From the IMG/VR virus record IMGVR_UViG_3300013113_000285, positions 6,863 to 70,862 of that record: a stretch of 64,000 nt of DNA; one strand, written 5' to 3'. Origin of the DNA: a virus. The position numbers and the translations under genes are program-made. Below, one piece after another: positions 1 through 8,202 of this stretch. The notes under the pieces were generated by a model that searched no databases, was not told the origin of the DNA, and was given only the letters and a program-made list of their open reading frames with translations. How positions within the stretch are numbered: the first letter of the stretch is position 1; each line of letters opens with the position of its first letter.

Positions 1-173
1 CCTCCCATAGCCATCTCTTCGTCGAGTTGCTCTTCTTCCTGCTCTAGAAGACGTGAAACTGCTGAACGCATTTCGTCAGCATATTTCTCTAGTAATTCAT
101 TTTCTGCGCTCTTGACTGCTGCCTCTTTTAGGGCTTTTGCGTCAACAAGTGCTTGCTCTAGTAAATTAGACAT
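1..173 (-). CDS. Partial (runs off window) probable prohead core/scaffold protein
   Basis: Not in ORF track. Reads MSNLLEQALVDAKALKEAAVKSAENELLEKYADEMRSAVSRLLEQEEEQLDEEMAMG from ATG at 173, with SD GAGGAG and a late motif upstream. Acidic and helical, located downstream of the head genes. Confidence 0.55.
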   Translation of the reverse strand, partial: MSNLLEQALVDAKALKEAAVKSAENELLEKYADEMRSAVSRLLEQEEEQLDEEMAMG

Positions 174-231
174 TTAGTCTTTCTCCTCACTTTTGTGCGT
201 TATATATGAAAAAGTCGGGGTTTTTCTCTAA

Positions 232-239
232 TAAATAGT
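232..239 (-). promoter_or_regulatory. Late-promoter-like motif ACTATTTA
   Basis: Intergenic, 59 nt upstream of the scaffold-like gene; same motif recurs at other gene starts. Confidence 0.6.
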
Positions 240-273
240 CTTATAGAGCGTGAAACGCCAATTTTGATATAAT

Positions 274-300
274 AAAAAAAAAGGGGGGCAAAAGCCCCCC
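274..300 (-). terminator. Intrinsic terminator after the 672-aa fibre gene
   Basis: GGGGGGC-TTTT-GCCCCCC stem-loop followed by a 9-T run on the minus strand. Confidence 0.9.
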
Positions 301-343
301 CAAAACTATTCAGTTTTGTGTATTATACTTGCTAAAAAGCAAA

Positions 344-2362
344 TTATACAGTTACTGTACCTTCGTCATCAGCGAATGTGTAGAAAACTGCAAGACCTGT
401 CTTTGTACCCTCGAATGTGAAAGTAACGTCACCAGTTGATGCGTTAATCTCCATTGGAGCGATGAATGAAACAAGGTTACCTGATGAGTCTTCTTCGAAC
501 AACTGAATGAAACCACCTGTTGATGGGTCGAAACCAGTTGGGAATGATGAACCGTCAACAACGAGTGAAGACACTGAAGAGAATGCAATCTTGTTGTGTC
601 TGTTGTTCTCTCTTGTCTCAAGTGATGAAAGCTTTGAGCCCTCTGTTGAGATAAGTGCTGAGTGGTTAGTCTCAAGTGATGAAACTGCTGAAGCTCTTGC
701 TGACTGCTCTACTGAGATAGCTGTCTCAAGTGAAGTGTCTGCTGCCAATCTTGATGAAGCCTCTGATGAGATAGCTGCATTGATTGAAAGAACATGTGAT
801 GCAACCGCTGAGTCGTTTGTAGCGTCAACTGAGTTGATGAATGAAACAACTTCTGCGAATGAATCCTTGTCTGCTGATGAACCAGCGAGAATAGCGTCGA
901 TACGAGCCTTCTCTGTTGAAACCTCACCTGAGAATCTTGTCTCAAGTGACTGGTCACCTGCTGCTCTTGCAACTTCTTCTGATGAAAGTCTAGTCTGAAG
1001 TGATGAATCACCTGCTGCTCTTGCAACTTCTTCGCTTGAAAGACGTGTTTCAAGTGAACCGTCCTTAGCGAGTCTTACTGACTCTTCAACTGAAATTCTA
1101 GTTGTGACTGATGAAACAGCCGCTGAACGTGTTGACTCTTCGCCTGAAAGTCTTGTTTCAAGTGAACCGTCTACAACTGCTCTGTCTGATGCTTCTGCTG
1201 TGATAGCTGATGCACGTGCGTCTTCTTCGTTTGAGAGACGTGTCTCAAGTGAATCGTCTGCTGCCTGTCTCGCTGAAACCTCTGAAGAGATTGATGACTC
1301 AAGTGATGAGTCGCCTGATGCTCTTGAAACTTCTTCTGCTGAAACTCTTGTTGTAAGTGAAGCATCACCTGCCGCTCTTGCAACCTCTTCTGATGAAAGA
1401 CGAGTTGTGATTGATGAATCAGCGTTTGCTCTTGCAACTTCTTCTGATGACAAACGAGTCTCAAGTGAGTCGTCTGCTGCAACTCTTGAAGACGCCTCTG
1501 ATGAGATGTCTGAGTTGATTGATGAAACTGCTGTAGCCAATGCGTTGTCGTTTGTTGTATCAACAGCGTTGATGAGTGAAACGATTTCTGCAAATGAATC
1601 CTTGTCAGCGTCTGCGCCTGAAAGGATATCGTCTACTCTGTCTTCCTCAGTTGAAAGACGTGTTTCGAGTGAACTGTCTGCTGCGATTCTTGATGACTCT
1701 TCTGATGAAAGAACAACTTCGAGTGAACCGTCCTTTGCAAGTCTAACTGACTCTTCGTCAGCCAATCTTGTTGTAAGTGATGAGTCAGCCGCTGCACGAG
1801 CAACTTCTTCTGAAGAAACTCTTGAAGTCAATGAACCTTCTGCTGCGATAGCTCTTGACTCTTCTGCTGAAACGTCAGCCGCACGATTAACTTCTTCTGA
1901 TGAAAGACGTGAAGTTAGTGAAGCTTCTGCTGCAATAGCTCTTGACTCTTCAGCGTCAACGTCTGCTTCTCTTGCTGACTCTTCTTCTGAAAGACGAGTC
2001 TCAAGTGAACCTTCTGCTGCTGCTGCTCTTGATGCCTCAGATGAAATTGCTGCTGCACGAGCGTCTTCTTCTGAAGAGATTCTTGTTTCAAGTGATGAGT
2101 CCTTTGACTCAAGTGAAGAAACGTCAGAATCGTGGTTTGCCTCTTCGATTGAGAGACGTGTTTCAAGTGAAGTAAGGTCAGCAATGTTACCGAACTCAAT
2201 CCACTGTGTTGTGGCTGCGTGCCAAACATAAAGCTTAACCGCTGAACCGTCAAGCTTCTTGACGATACGACCATCTTCGTGTGATGTTCCTGAAGGCAAT
2301 GCTGAAACAACTTCGAGTGCGAAGTCCTTTACTGATGCCTTTAAAATATTAATTCTACTCAT
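344..2362 (-). CDS. Ser/Ala/Glu-rich repetitive coiled-coil fibre protein, paralog A (672 aa)
   Basis: About 20 S-L-E/T-T-R-L-S-x-E-E repeats at 18/29-aa spacing, two ILxxAxADKDSFAEIV knot motifs, small beta-rich N and C domains, SD AGGAGG. Confidence 0.7.
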   Translation of the reverse strand: MSRINILKASVKDFALEVVSALPSGTSHEDGRIVKKLDGSAVKLYVWHAATTQWIEFGNIADLTSLETRLSIEEANHDSDVSSLESKDSSLETRISSEEDARAAAISSEASRAAAAEGSLETRLSEEESAREADVDAEESRAIAAEASLTSRLSSEEVNRAADVSAEESRAIAAEGSLTSRVSSEEVARAAADSSLTTRLADEESVRLAKDGSLEVVLSSEESSRIAADSSLETRLSTEEDRVDDILSGADADKDSFAEIVSLINAVDTTNDNALATAVSSINSDISSEASSRVAADDSLETRLSSEEVARANADSSITTRLSSEEVARAAGDASLTTRVSAEEVSRASGDSSLESSISSEVSARQAADDSLETRLSNEEDARASAITAEASDRAVVDGSLETRLSGEESTRSAAVSSVTTRISVEESVRLAKDGSLETRLSSEEVARAAGDSSLQTRLSSEEVARAAGDQSLETRFSGEVSTEKARIDAILAGSSADKDSFAEVVSFINSVDATNDSAVASHVLSINAAISSEASSRLAADTSLETAISVEQSARASAVSSLETNHSALISTEGSKLSSLETRENNRHNKIAFSSVSSLVVDGSSFPTGFDPSTGGFIQLFEEDSSGNLVSFIAPMEINASTGDVTFTFEGTKTGLAVFYTFADDEGTVTV

Positions 2363-2413
2363 GTGTTTTTATCCTCCTATAATGTAAAAAACACAGTGCT
2401 AAAAGCACTTTAT

Positions 2414-2446
2414 AAAAAGCGAGGGGGTGCCCGAAGGCACCACCTC
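2414..2446 (-). terminator. Intrinsic terminator with cUUCGg tetraloop between the two fibre genes
   Basis: Minus strand GAGGTGGTGCC-TTCG-GGCACCCCCTC followed by GCTTTTT. Confidence 0.8.
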
Positions 2447-2489
2447 TAAGATTTTATCAGCTAATGCTGAAATTTATTTATTTACTGAC

Positions 2490-5400
2490 TTAATCCTCTC
2501 CGTTACCTGATGAGTAAACGCCTGTAAATGCTGCAATTGACTGGTCAGGTCTATAGTTCTTGTTCGATGAAGAGTTAGAACCATACTTTCTGTAAGTTAT
2601 TACAATTGGGAAGTCAGCCTTATCTGAACCTTCATAAACCAACTGGAACTCGTACCAACCAGCGTTAGTCCACTTGAAAGGACCATGCGTCGATGCGCCG
2701 TTGCCCTTGTCAATCTTCATGCTAAAGCCGTGTCCTGCATCTTGATTACCAGTGACATACCCATAATAGGTACCCCAGCTTTCAGTTACGTCGTAAATGT
2801 TACCATTACCAATCCACTGGACGTCCTGAGTTGCATAAGTCGTTGAAGTAGAGTATCTTCTACCATACAACTTCCACTCACCTGGCTGTGCCATGTTGTT
2901 TGTAAGGAAGTCATAGGCGATTGGGTCTTTACCATTCGCTGCGGTATCGTGAGGACCGTAACCGAATGTTACTCTCCACTGGTGATATGAACTTGAAGCG
3001 TCAATAGACGTACCTGCATCTGTGTAAAAGCCAAAGCTGCGACTTGGAACAGATACCGAAGGAACTGAAAGGTTCGATGTGTTGTAGCTGGAATCATGGT
3101 CCCACATGATTCTATTAGAAGCATCGAAGCCCAAGTGTCTAAGTTCCACTCCCATCTCAGTAGATGACGAGTTGAGAGTCATTGGCAAGTCTATTGTTAC
3201 CGTTGAATAATCAGAGCTAATCGTCATATCGTCATGAAAATCAACACTATATGCAGTCATAGCTGAACTAAAAGGGTAAACACTACTCATGTAGACATAG
3301 TTGCTCGCCGTACCCATGAGAAGGTACTTGTTAGTGGCATCTAGACCGTTGAATGATAATGTGATTGCTGTTGATGTCATTGAGACACCTGAAACCTGAG
3401 GTGATGAAACAACTTCTGAAGCAGAAGATTCATCTCCAGCGAATGAATAGAATACTGCGAAACCATCCTTTGCTGTTGAACCAAGGTCAAATGACATAGC
3501 ACCTGTTGATGCGTCGTAAGATGCTGGTGCAACAAGGTGACGATAGGTTCCTGATGAAACCTCATGGAAAATCTGAACCATTCCGTTGCCAGCCGTGAAA
3601 CCTGATGGTAAATCACCCTGAGCGACAGTAAAAGTTGTCTGGTTTGAGAAGTCGATTCTCAAGTGACGTGCTGCTTCATCTGCCTCAACAACTGCAATGC
3701 TTGAACCCTGTGCTGAAATCAAAGCAGAGTGTGATGCCTCAAGGGAATCAATAGCTGCCTTTCTTACAGAATCTGCTGCTGCAAGGACCGTGTTGAGTGA
3801 TGACTCTGCTGAAGCCTCTGATGAAGCCTCTGATGCAATTGATGAGTCAATTGAAGTAACATAAGAAGCCAAAGCGTCGTCTGACTCTGTGTCTACAGCA
3901 GTGATGAAAGAAACAAGTTCTGCGAACGTGTCCTTGTCTGCTGAAGCTGAATCAAGGATTTCGTCAATTCTTGACTTTTCAGTTGAAACCTCGTTTGAGA
4001 ATCTCGTCTGTACTGATGAGTCGCCGTCAGCCATAGCGTCTTCTTCATTCGAAAGTCTTGTTTCAAGTGAAGCGTCCTGTGCAGCCATTACTGATTCTTC
4101 TGATGAGAGACGTGTCTCAAGTGAAGTGTCTGCTGCAAGTCTTGAAGATTCCTCTCCTGAGATATAAGCATTGTGAACTACGATATTCGCTGCTCTCTGT
4201 GACTCTTCAGTTGAAAGTCTAACTTCCAAAGAATCGTCCGCTGCTTCTCTTGAGGAAGCTTCTGATGAAACTGCTGCTGCTCTTGCTGACTCTTCGCTTG
4301 AAAGACGAGTTGTAAGAGAAGCATCCTCGTTGCCCTTTGAAAGAATTGCTGCATTAAGAACTGTTTCAAGTGATGAATCACCTGCTGCTCTTGCAATCTC
4401 TTCCGAAGAAACACGAGTTGTAAGTGATGAGTCGCCTGAAGCTCTTGCTGATGCTGCATCTGAGATGCTTGTAGCAAGTGAACCGTCAGCCGCAAGACGT
4501 GCTGACTCTTCTGAGGACATTCTAGCGTCAAGTGATGCTTCTGCTGAAGCTTCGATTGACTCTTCCGCAGCCATTCTTGTGTTCAATGAACCTTCTGCTG
4601 CTGCCTCTGTTGATTCCTCAACTGAAAGACGTGTCTCAAGTGATGAGTCGTCTGCAATTCTTGCTGCTTCTGCTGAAGCAATTGATGAATCGATTGATGA
4701 AATCTCTGTTGATGTCTGAGAATCGTGTGCAACGTCAACTGAGTTGATGAATGAAACGACTTCAGCGAATGAGTCCTTGTCTGCTGATGAAGCATTCAAG
4801 ATAGCGTCAACTCTGTCTTCCTCAGTTGAGAGTCTTGTCTCAAGTGATGAATCCGCTGATGCTCTTGATGAACCTGCTCCAGCAATAGCTGTTTCAAGTG
4901 AACCATCCTTAGCAAGTCTGACTGACTCTTCAGCCGCCATTCTTGTGTTGAGTGAGCCTTCTGCTGCTGCTTCTGCTGACTCTTCTGCTGAGATGCGGTT
5001 AGTCAATGACAATTCCGCAGCCTCTGCTCTTGTCTCAAGTGAGTCAACTGCAACTACTCTTGCTGATTCCTCAATTGAAAGTCTTGTTTCGACTGAACCT
5101 TCAGCCAAAAGTGCTCTTGACTCTTCAGCGCTAACGTCTGCTGCTCTCGCAACTTCTTCGCTTGAAAGTCTAGTCTCAAGTGAGCCTTCAGCAGCTACTG
5201 CTCTAGTGTTCGCTGATGAAACAGCAGAAGCTCTAGCAACCTCTTCTGAAGAAATTCTTGTCTCAAGTGATGAGTCCTTAGACTCAAGTGAGGAAACGTC
5301 TGAATCACATTCTGCTTCCTGCTGTGATAAACGAGTCTCAAGTGATGAAATGTCAGAAGCGTTACCGAACTGAATCCAATTACCTGTGGCGTCGTCCCAC

Positions 5401-5534
5401 ATATAAAGGTGAGTACCGTACTTTACGATACGACCGTCTGCGTGGTCCCCTGAAGAACCGTTTGCTGGTGCCGATGAGAAAACTTCCAACTTGAAGTCTT
5501 CTGCCGTGGCGTTTAAAATATTTATTCTACTCAA
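2490..5534 (-). CDS. Repetitive coiled-coil fibre protein, paralog B (1014 aa), with an extra C-terminal aromatic-rich domain
   Basis: Same MSRINIL N-terminus, repeats and knots as 344..2362, plus about 300 extra Tyr/Trp/Gly-rich C-terminal residues; TTG start with SD AGGAGG. Confidence 0.7.
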   Translation of the reverse strand: MSRINILNATAEDFKLEVFSSAPANGSSGDHADGRIVKYGTHLYMWDDATGNWIQFGNASDISSLETRLSQQEAECDSDVSSLESKDSSLETRISSEEVARASAVSSANTRAVAAEGSLETRLSSEEVARAADVSAEESRALLAEGSVETRLSIEESARVVAVDSLETRAEAAELSLTNRISAEESAEAAAEGSLNTRMAAEESVRLAKDGSLETAIAGAGSSRASADSSLETRLSTEEDRVDAILNASSADKDSFAEVVSFINSVDVAHDSQTSTEISSIDSSIASAEAARIADDSSLETRLSVEESTEAAAEGSLNTRMAAEESIEASAEASLDARMSSEESARLAADGSLATSISDAASARASGDSSLTTRVSSEEIARAAGDSSLETVLNAAILSKGNEDASLTTRLSSEESARAAAVSSEASSREAADDSLEVRLSTEESQRAANIVVHNAYISGEESSRLAADTSLETRLSSEESVMAAQDASLETRLSNEEDAMADGDSSVQTRFSNEVSTEKSRIDEILDSASADKDTFAELVSFITAVDTESDDALASYVTSIDSSIASEASSEASAESSLNTVLAAADSVRKAAIDSLEASHSALISAQGSSIAVVEADEAARHLRIDFSNQTTFTVAQGDLPSGFTAGNGMVQIFHEVSSGTYRHLVAPASYDASTGAMSFDLGSTAKDGFAVFYSFAGDESSASEVVSSPQVSGVSMTSTAITLSFNGLDATNKYLLMGTASNYVYMSSVYPFSSAMTAYSVDFHDDMTISSDYSTVTIDLPMTLNSSSTEMGVELRHLGFDASNRIMWDHDSSYNTSNLSVPSVSVPSRSFGFYTDAGTSIDASSSYHQWRVTFGYGPHDTAANGKDPIAYDFLTNNMAQPGEWKLYGRRYSTSTTYATQDVQWIGNGNIYDVTESWGTYYGYVTGNQDAGHGFSMKIDKGNGASTHGPFKWTNAGWYEFQLVYEGSDKADFPIVITYRKYGSNSSSNKNYRPDQSIAAFTGVYSSGNGED

Positions 5535-5718
5535 AGTTTTATCCTCCTAAAATATGTTATTCATGAAGGTATTATTTTACCCTTCATTATAAAATCTTGA
5601 GTAAGATGGACAAGAGGATAAACCTCTCCCACCTGCCTTTATTTAGGTTCAAAATAAAGATAAAGAATAGGTTTTTTTTGGGATTGTTGTTTAGAGTTTT
5701 GAGAGGGTAAAAATATTT

Positions 5719-6018
5719 TTAATGAACGATGATGACCTTGTAAGTCTCCTGAACTGTGACTTCTCCGAAGTAGAAAATGATGTCGTTTTCATTTCTAGTA
5801 AAGGGGACTACAATATTGTTCTTGTTGGAGTCTATTAGTTGGATAATGTAGTCAGAGTCTGTAACTCCGAGGTTATGTGTGAGTGTTTCTGAAACAGCAG
5901 AGCCTATATTTACAACCAACTCAAAAGAACTCGTCGTGCCTCCGCCGCCTCCGCCGCCTGCGACGACGGGGCTTCGCAAGCCAGATACTCTATGGTAGCC
6001 TCCGCTTTTGCCCGACAT
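5719..6018 (-). CDS. Small virion-associated protein (Gly linker plus THNLG beta domain)
   Basis: Poly-Gly linker, then THNLG...IIQLID...IIFYF...YKVII, resembling the C-terminal domain of the two fibres. Confidence 0.5.
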   Translation of the reverse strand: MSGKSGGYHRVSGLRSPVVAGGGGGGGTTSSFELVVNIGSAVSETLTHNLGVTDSDYIIQLIDSNKNNIVVPFTRNENDIIFYFGEVTVQETYKVIIVH

Positions 6019-6027
6019 CTACTTGCC

Positions 6028-6810
6028 TCAGCCGATGCCGTCGCCAGCACCCCAAATCTTGCGAAGTGTTCGTGTATCAGTGCCGCCGTCTTCAATGACC
6101 TTTGAGTTAGGCTCGTTTGCTGCTTGTGAGCCGCCAGAAGTAGGTTCGTGGTCGAGGACACCTGTAATAAGAATAGATACTGCATCTTGTGCGTGTCCAG
6201 TTGCACCCGTACCATTGACGAAAGCAGTGGTTGGAGTGGTCGCAAGTGTTGGGTCCAAAATATCTCCGTTAAATAACTTTTGAATCATAATGAACACAAC
6301 TTTTGTTCTTGAAGAAATAGTTGCTGTTTCACCTTGCATTACCTCAATATAGTTTCCATTTTGAACTGGCAAGGCTTCAGGTGAATTAGTGTCTGGATTT
6401 CCTTCTGTATCGAAGAAATGGGTAAACTGACCATTTGTTGACCTTTGTGCCGTTAACATGACCTTTAAGCGAATGACTCCTTCACCAGCATTCTGCTTTA
6501 CGCCAGCAACCCAGGACTCTTCCAAGTTAATTTCCACATTTCTCATTGTTGTTGGAAATTCGACCATAAGAAGCTCGCCGCTGTTTCTGTTTCCACTAGC
6601 AGTCCAGTTCGTTGAAGATATATCAAAAGTAATTTCACCGTCTGATGTTATATCACAAGTATATCCGACACTATCTGGGTGTTTTGTATTATCAACGGTA
6701 TTTCTATTAATGCCTCCTTGCCCGCCGACACGAACGATTCTCTTGAAATAAGGTTTTCCTGCTTGGAGTTGGGTGCCTGCCATACCGCCAAGGATGTAAT
6801 TTCTTGCCAT
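6028..6810 (-). CDS. Hypothetical beta-rich protein, probably virion structural
   Basis: 260-aa ORF in the head module with a late motif at 6840-6847. Confidence 0.5.
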   Translation of the reverse strand: MARNYILGGMAGTQLQAGKPYFKRIVRVGGQGGINRNTVDNTKHPDSVGYTCDITSDGEITFDISSTNWTASGNRNSGELLMVEFPTTMRNVEINLEESWVAGVKQNAGEGVIRLKVMLTAQRSTNGQFTHFFDTEGNPDTNSPEALPVQNGNYIEVMQGETATISSRTKVVFIMIQKLFNGDILDPTLATTPTTAFVNGTGATGHAQDAVSILITGVLDHEPTSGGSQAANEPNSKVIEDGGTDTRTLRKIWGAGDGIG

Positions 6811-6839
6811 TGTAAAAGTCCTCTGTTATAAAGCTAAAC

Positions 6840-6847
6840 TAAATAGT
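6840..6847 (-). promoter_or_regulatory. Late-promoter-like motif ACTATTTA
   Basis: 30 nt upstream of the ATG at 6810. Confidence 0.6.
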
Positions 6848-7104
6848 TATCTATTTTGGTTTTGTCGTTGTCGTTTTCTTCTTCTCGCTGCCTCTGCGAA
6901 ACGACGACGCTCGGCTTGAATCTCTTTATGTTTTTTGCGAAGTGACTTCTTTGAGATGTCTCTGCAAAGATGATGACCTCGTGAAGGGTCACGAATATCA
7001 TTCATAACTCCTTCTTTCTTTAGTTTGCGAAGAGCACGTCTTACGAATGCTTCCGTAGATTCGCCCTTTCTAATTCTCTCTTCAAATAAACCTTTGTCTC
7101 TCAC
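6847..7104 (-). CDS. rpsU: Phage-encoded ribosomal protein bS21 homolog (divergent)
   Basis: IRKGESTEAFVRRALRKLKKEGVMNDIR...KKSLRKKHKEIQAERRR follows the bS21 pattern (E-S-x-E-x-x-x-R-R-x-x-R-K-x-K-K-x-G, basic C-terminal helix). It lies next to protease/portal/TerL, as described for bS21-encoding phages. Confidence 0.7.
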   Translation of the reverse strand: MRDKGLFEERIRKGESTEAFVRRALRKLKKEGVMNDIRDPSRGHHLCRDISKKSLRKKHKEIQAERRRFAEAARRRKRQRQNQNR

Positions 7105-7122
7105 TTTTATTTTCCTTTCGTT

Positions 7123-7569
7123 TTATTTTTTGCCCTCGGCAAGTTTCTTCCAAATCCCGCCAAGATTGCTTGTAAGTTTATCTATGTTGACGCCTGGGTC
7201 GTTAGGGTCAACTCCATCGAAGGCTTTGTAGCCGCTGCCTGATTTACTAGCTGCTCCTCCCTTTTTGAGAGGTTTCGTACCCTCAAAAACATCGATACCA
7301 TTATAAGAAGAATTACCAATAGCATTTAGAAGTTTCTTTTTATTTTCTAAGATTTTATTTCTTTCTTCCTCGGAAATAGTATTTTTCTGCTCTTGAACGG
7401 TCGGCTGTTGAGCCTGCTGTGGCTGTGCTTGTTCTACAACTAGCCCTTTCTGAACCCCTGCTACAACCTCAGAAATAACTGAAGTAAGAAGTCCACTTGT
7501 AAGAAGAGCATCCTTTACACACTCTTCTACGATAGGTTTGATAAGTTGTTTTAATTCTGACTTTTTCAT
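7123..7569 (-). CDS. Hypothetical head-module protein
   Basis: 148 aa, N-terminal MKKSELKQLIKPIVEE motif, abuts the protease gene. Confidence 0.6.
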   Translation of the reverse strand: MKKSELKQLIKPIVEECVKDALLTSGLLTSVISEVVAGVQKGLVVEQAQPQQAQQPTVQEQKNTISEEERNKILENKKKLLNAIGNSSYNGIDVFEGTKPLKKGGAASKSGSGYKAFDGVDPNDPGVNIDKLTSNLGGIWKKLAEGKK

Positions 7570-7570
7570 C

Positions 7571-8179
7571 TTAGTCCCTTGTAATGTCGTTCAGTAGTCT
7601 GTTGATTCTATCTGCCTTGGTGTAGATTTTGTTTATGTTCTTACCCTCTTTCAAGCTCATGAAAGCTCCGATGGTTGAAGGGTCGGAAACAAAGTCAAAG
7701 CAAATAAGGTTGAAGTCTTCCTCAACGATAGTATTACCCATTCTGTCCTCGTGAACCGAACCCATACCTCGTGAAGAGATGCCGAGTTTCACACCAGAGT
7801 GAACGAGAGATTGAAGAATCTGACCTGAAGGAGTATTGAGTACCTTGCATTTACCCATCACGTTGTCGCCTTCCCACCAGACCTCAGTCATGAGGTGAGA
7901 TACGTTCTTCAAATTTACGACAGAATCTTCTGGATGGTCTAACTCACCGAGAGCCCTTTGGTCTCTTACGATTTTCTGATAGTTCTCTATTTCTCTCTCA
8001 AGAACATTTCTCGGATAGATTCTACCATTCTGGTTTTTAGCTTTTGCTCTTTGAATGACGCCAGTAAGATACATAACGCCATCTTCTTTAATCTCTCTCT
8101 TTTCCGACTCTGTTAGAAAGTCCTGGCAAAGCCCGCCTTCGCAAAGCTCATAATATTCTCTCAATAAGAACTTATTCAT
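7571..8179 (-). CDS. Prohead core protein protease (T4 gp21-like)
   Basis: NQNGRIYP, ALGELDHP, NVSH, TPSGQI, GISSRGMGS and FDFVSDPS motifs. Confidence 0.93.
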   Translation of the reverse strand: MNKFLLREYYELCEGGLCQDFLTESEKREIKEDGVMYLTGVIQRAKAKNQNGRIYPRNVLEREIENYQKIVRDQRALGELDHPEDSVVNLKNVSHLMTEVWWEGDNVMGKCKVLNTPSGQILQSLVHSGVKLGISSRGMGSVHEDRMGNTIVEEDFNLICFDFVSDPSTIGAFMSLKEGKNINKIYTKADRINRLLNDITRD

Positions 8180-8202
8180 CTTCTATTCTCCAATAAAACT
8201 CA

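Noticed and set aside
600-5350. Recurrent CTCAAGTGA-type nucleotide repeats resembling a CRISPR array or iterons
   Set aside because: Degenerate at synonymous positions, always in frame and encoding SLE(T); no constant repeat with unique spacers
352-5494. Long plus-strand and alternate-frame ORFs over the fibre genes (e.g. 1104..2231, 4744..5373)
   Set aside because: Shadow ORFs produced by the repetitive, codon-biased sense genes; no SD and no independent protein features
6016-6030. 260-aa and 99-aa genes are in the same frame (possible read-through or recoding)
   Set aside because: Separated by two different stops (TGA and TAG), and all three stop codons end genes normally elsewhere, so there is no sign of an alternative code
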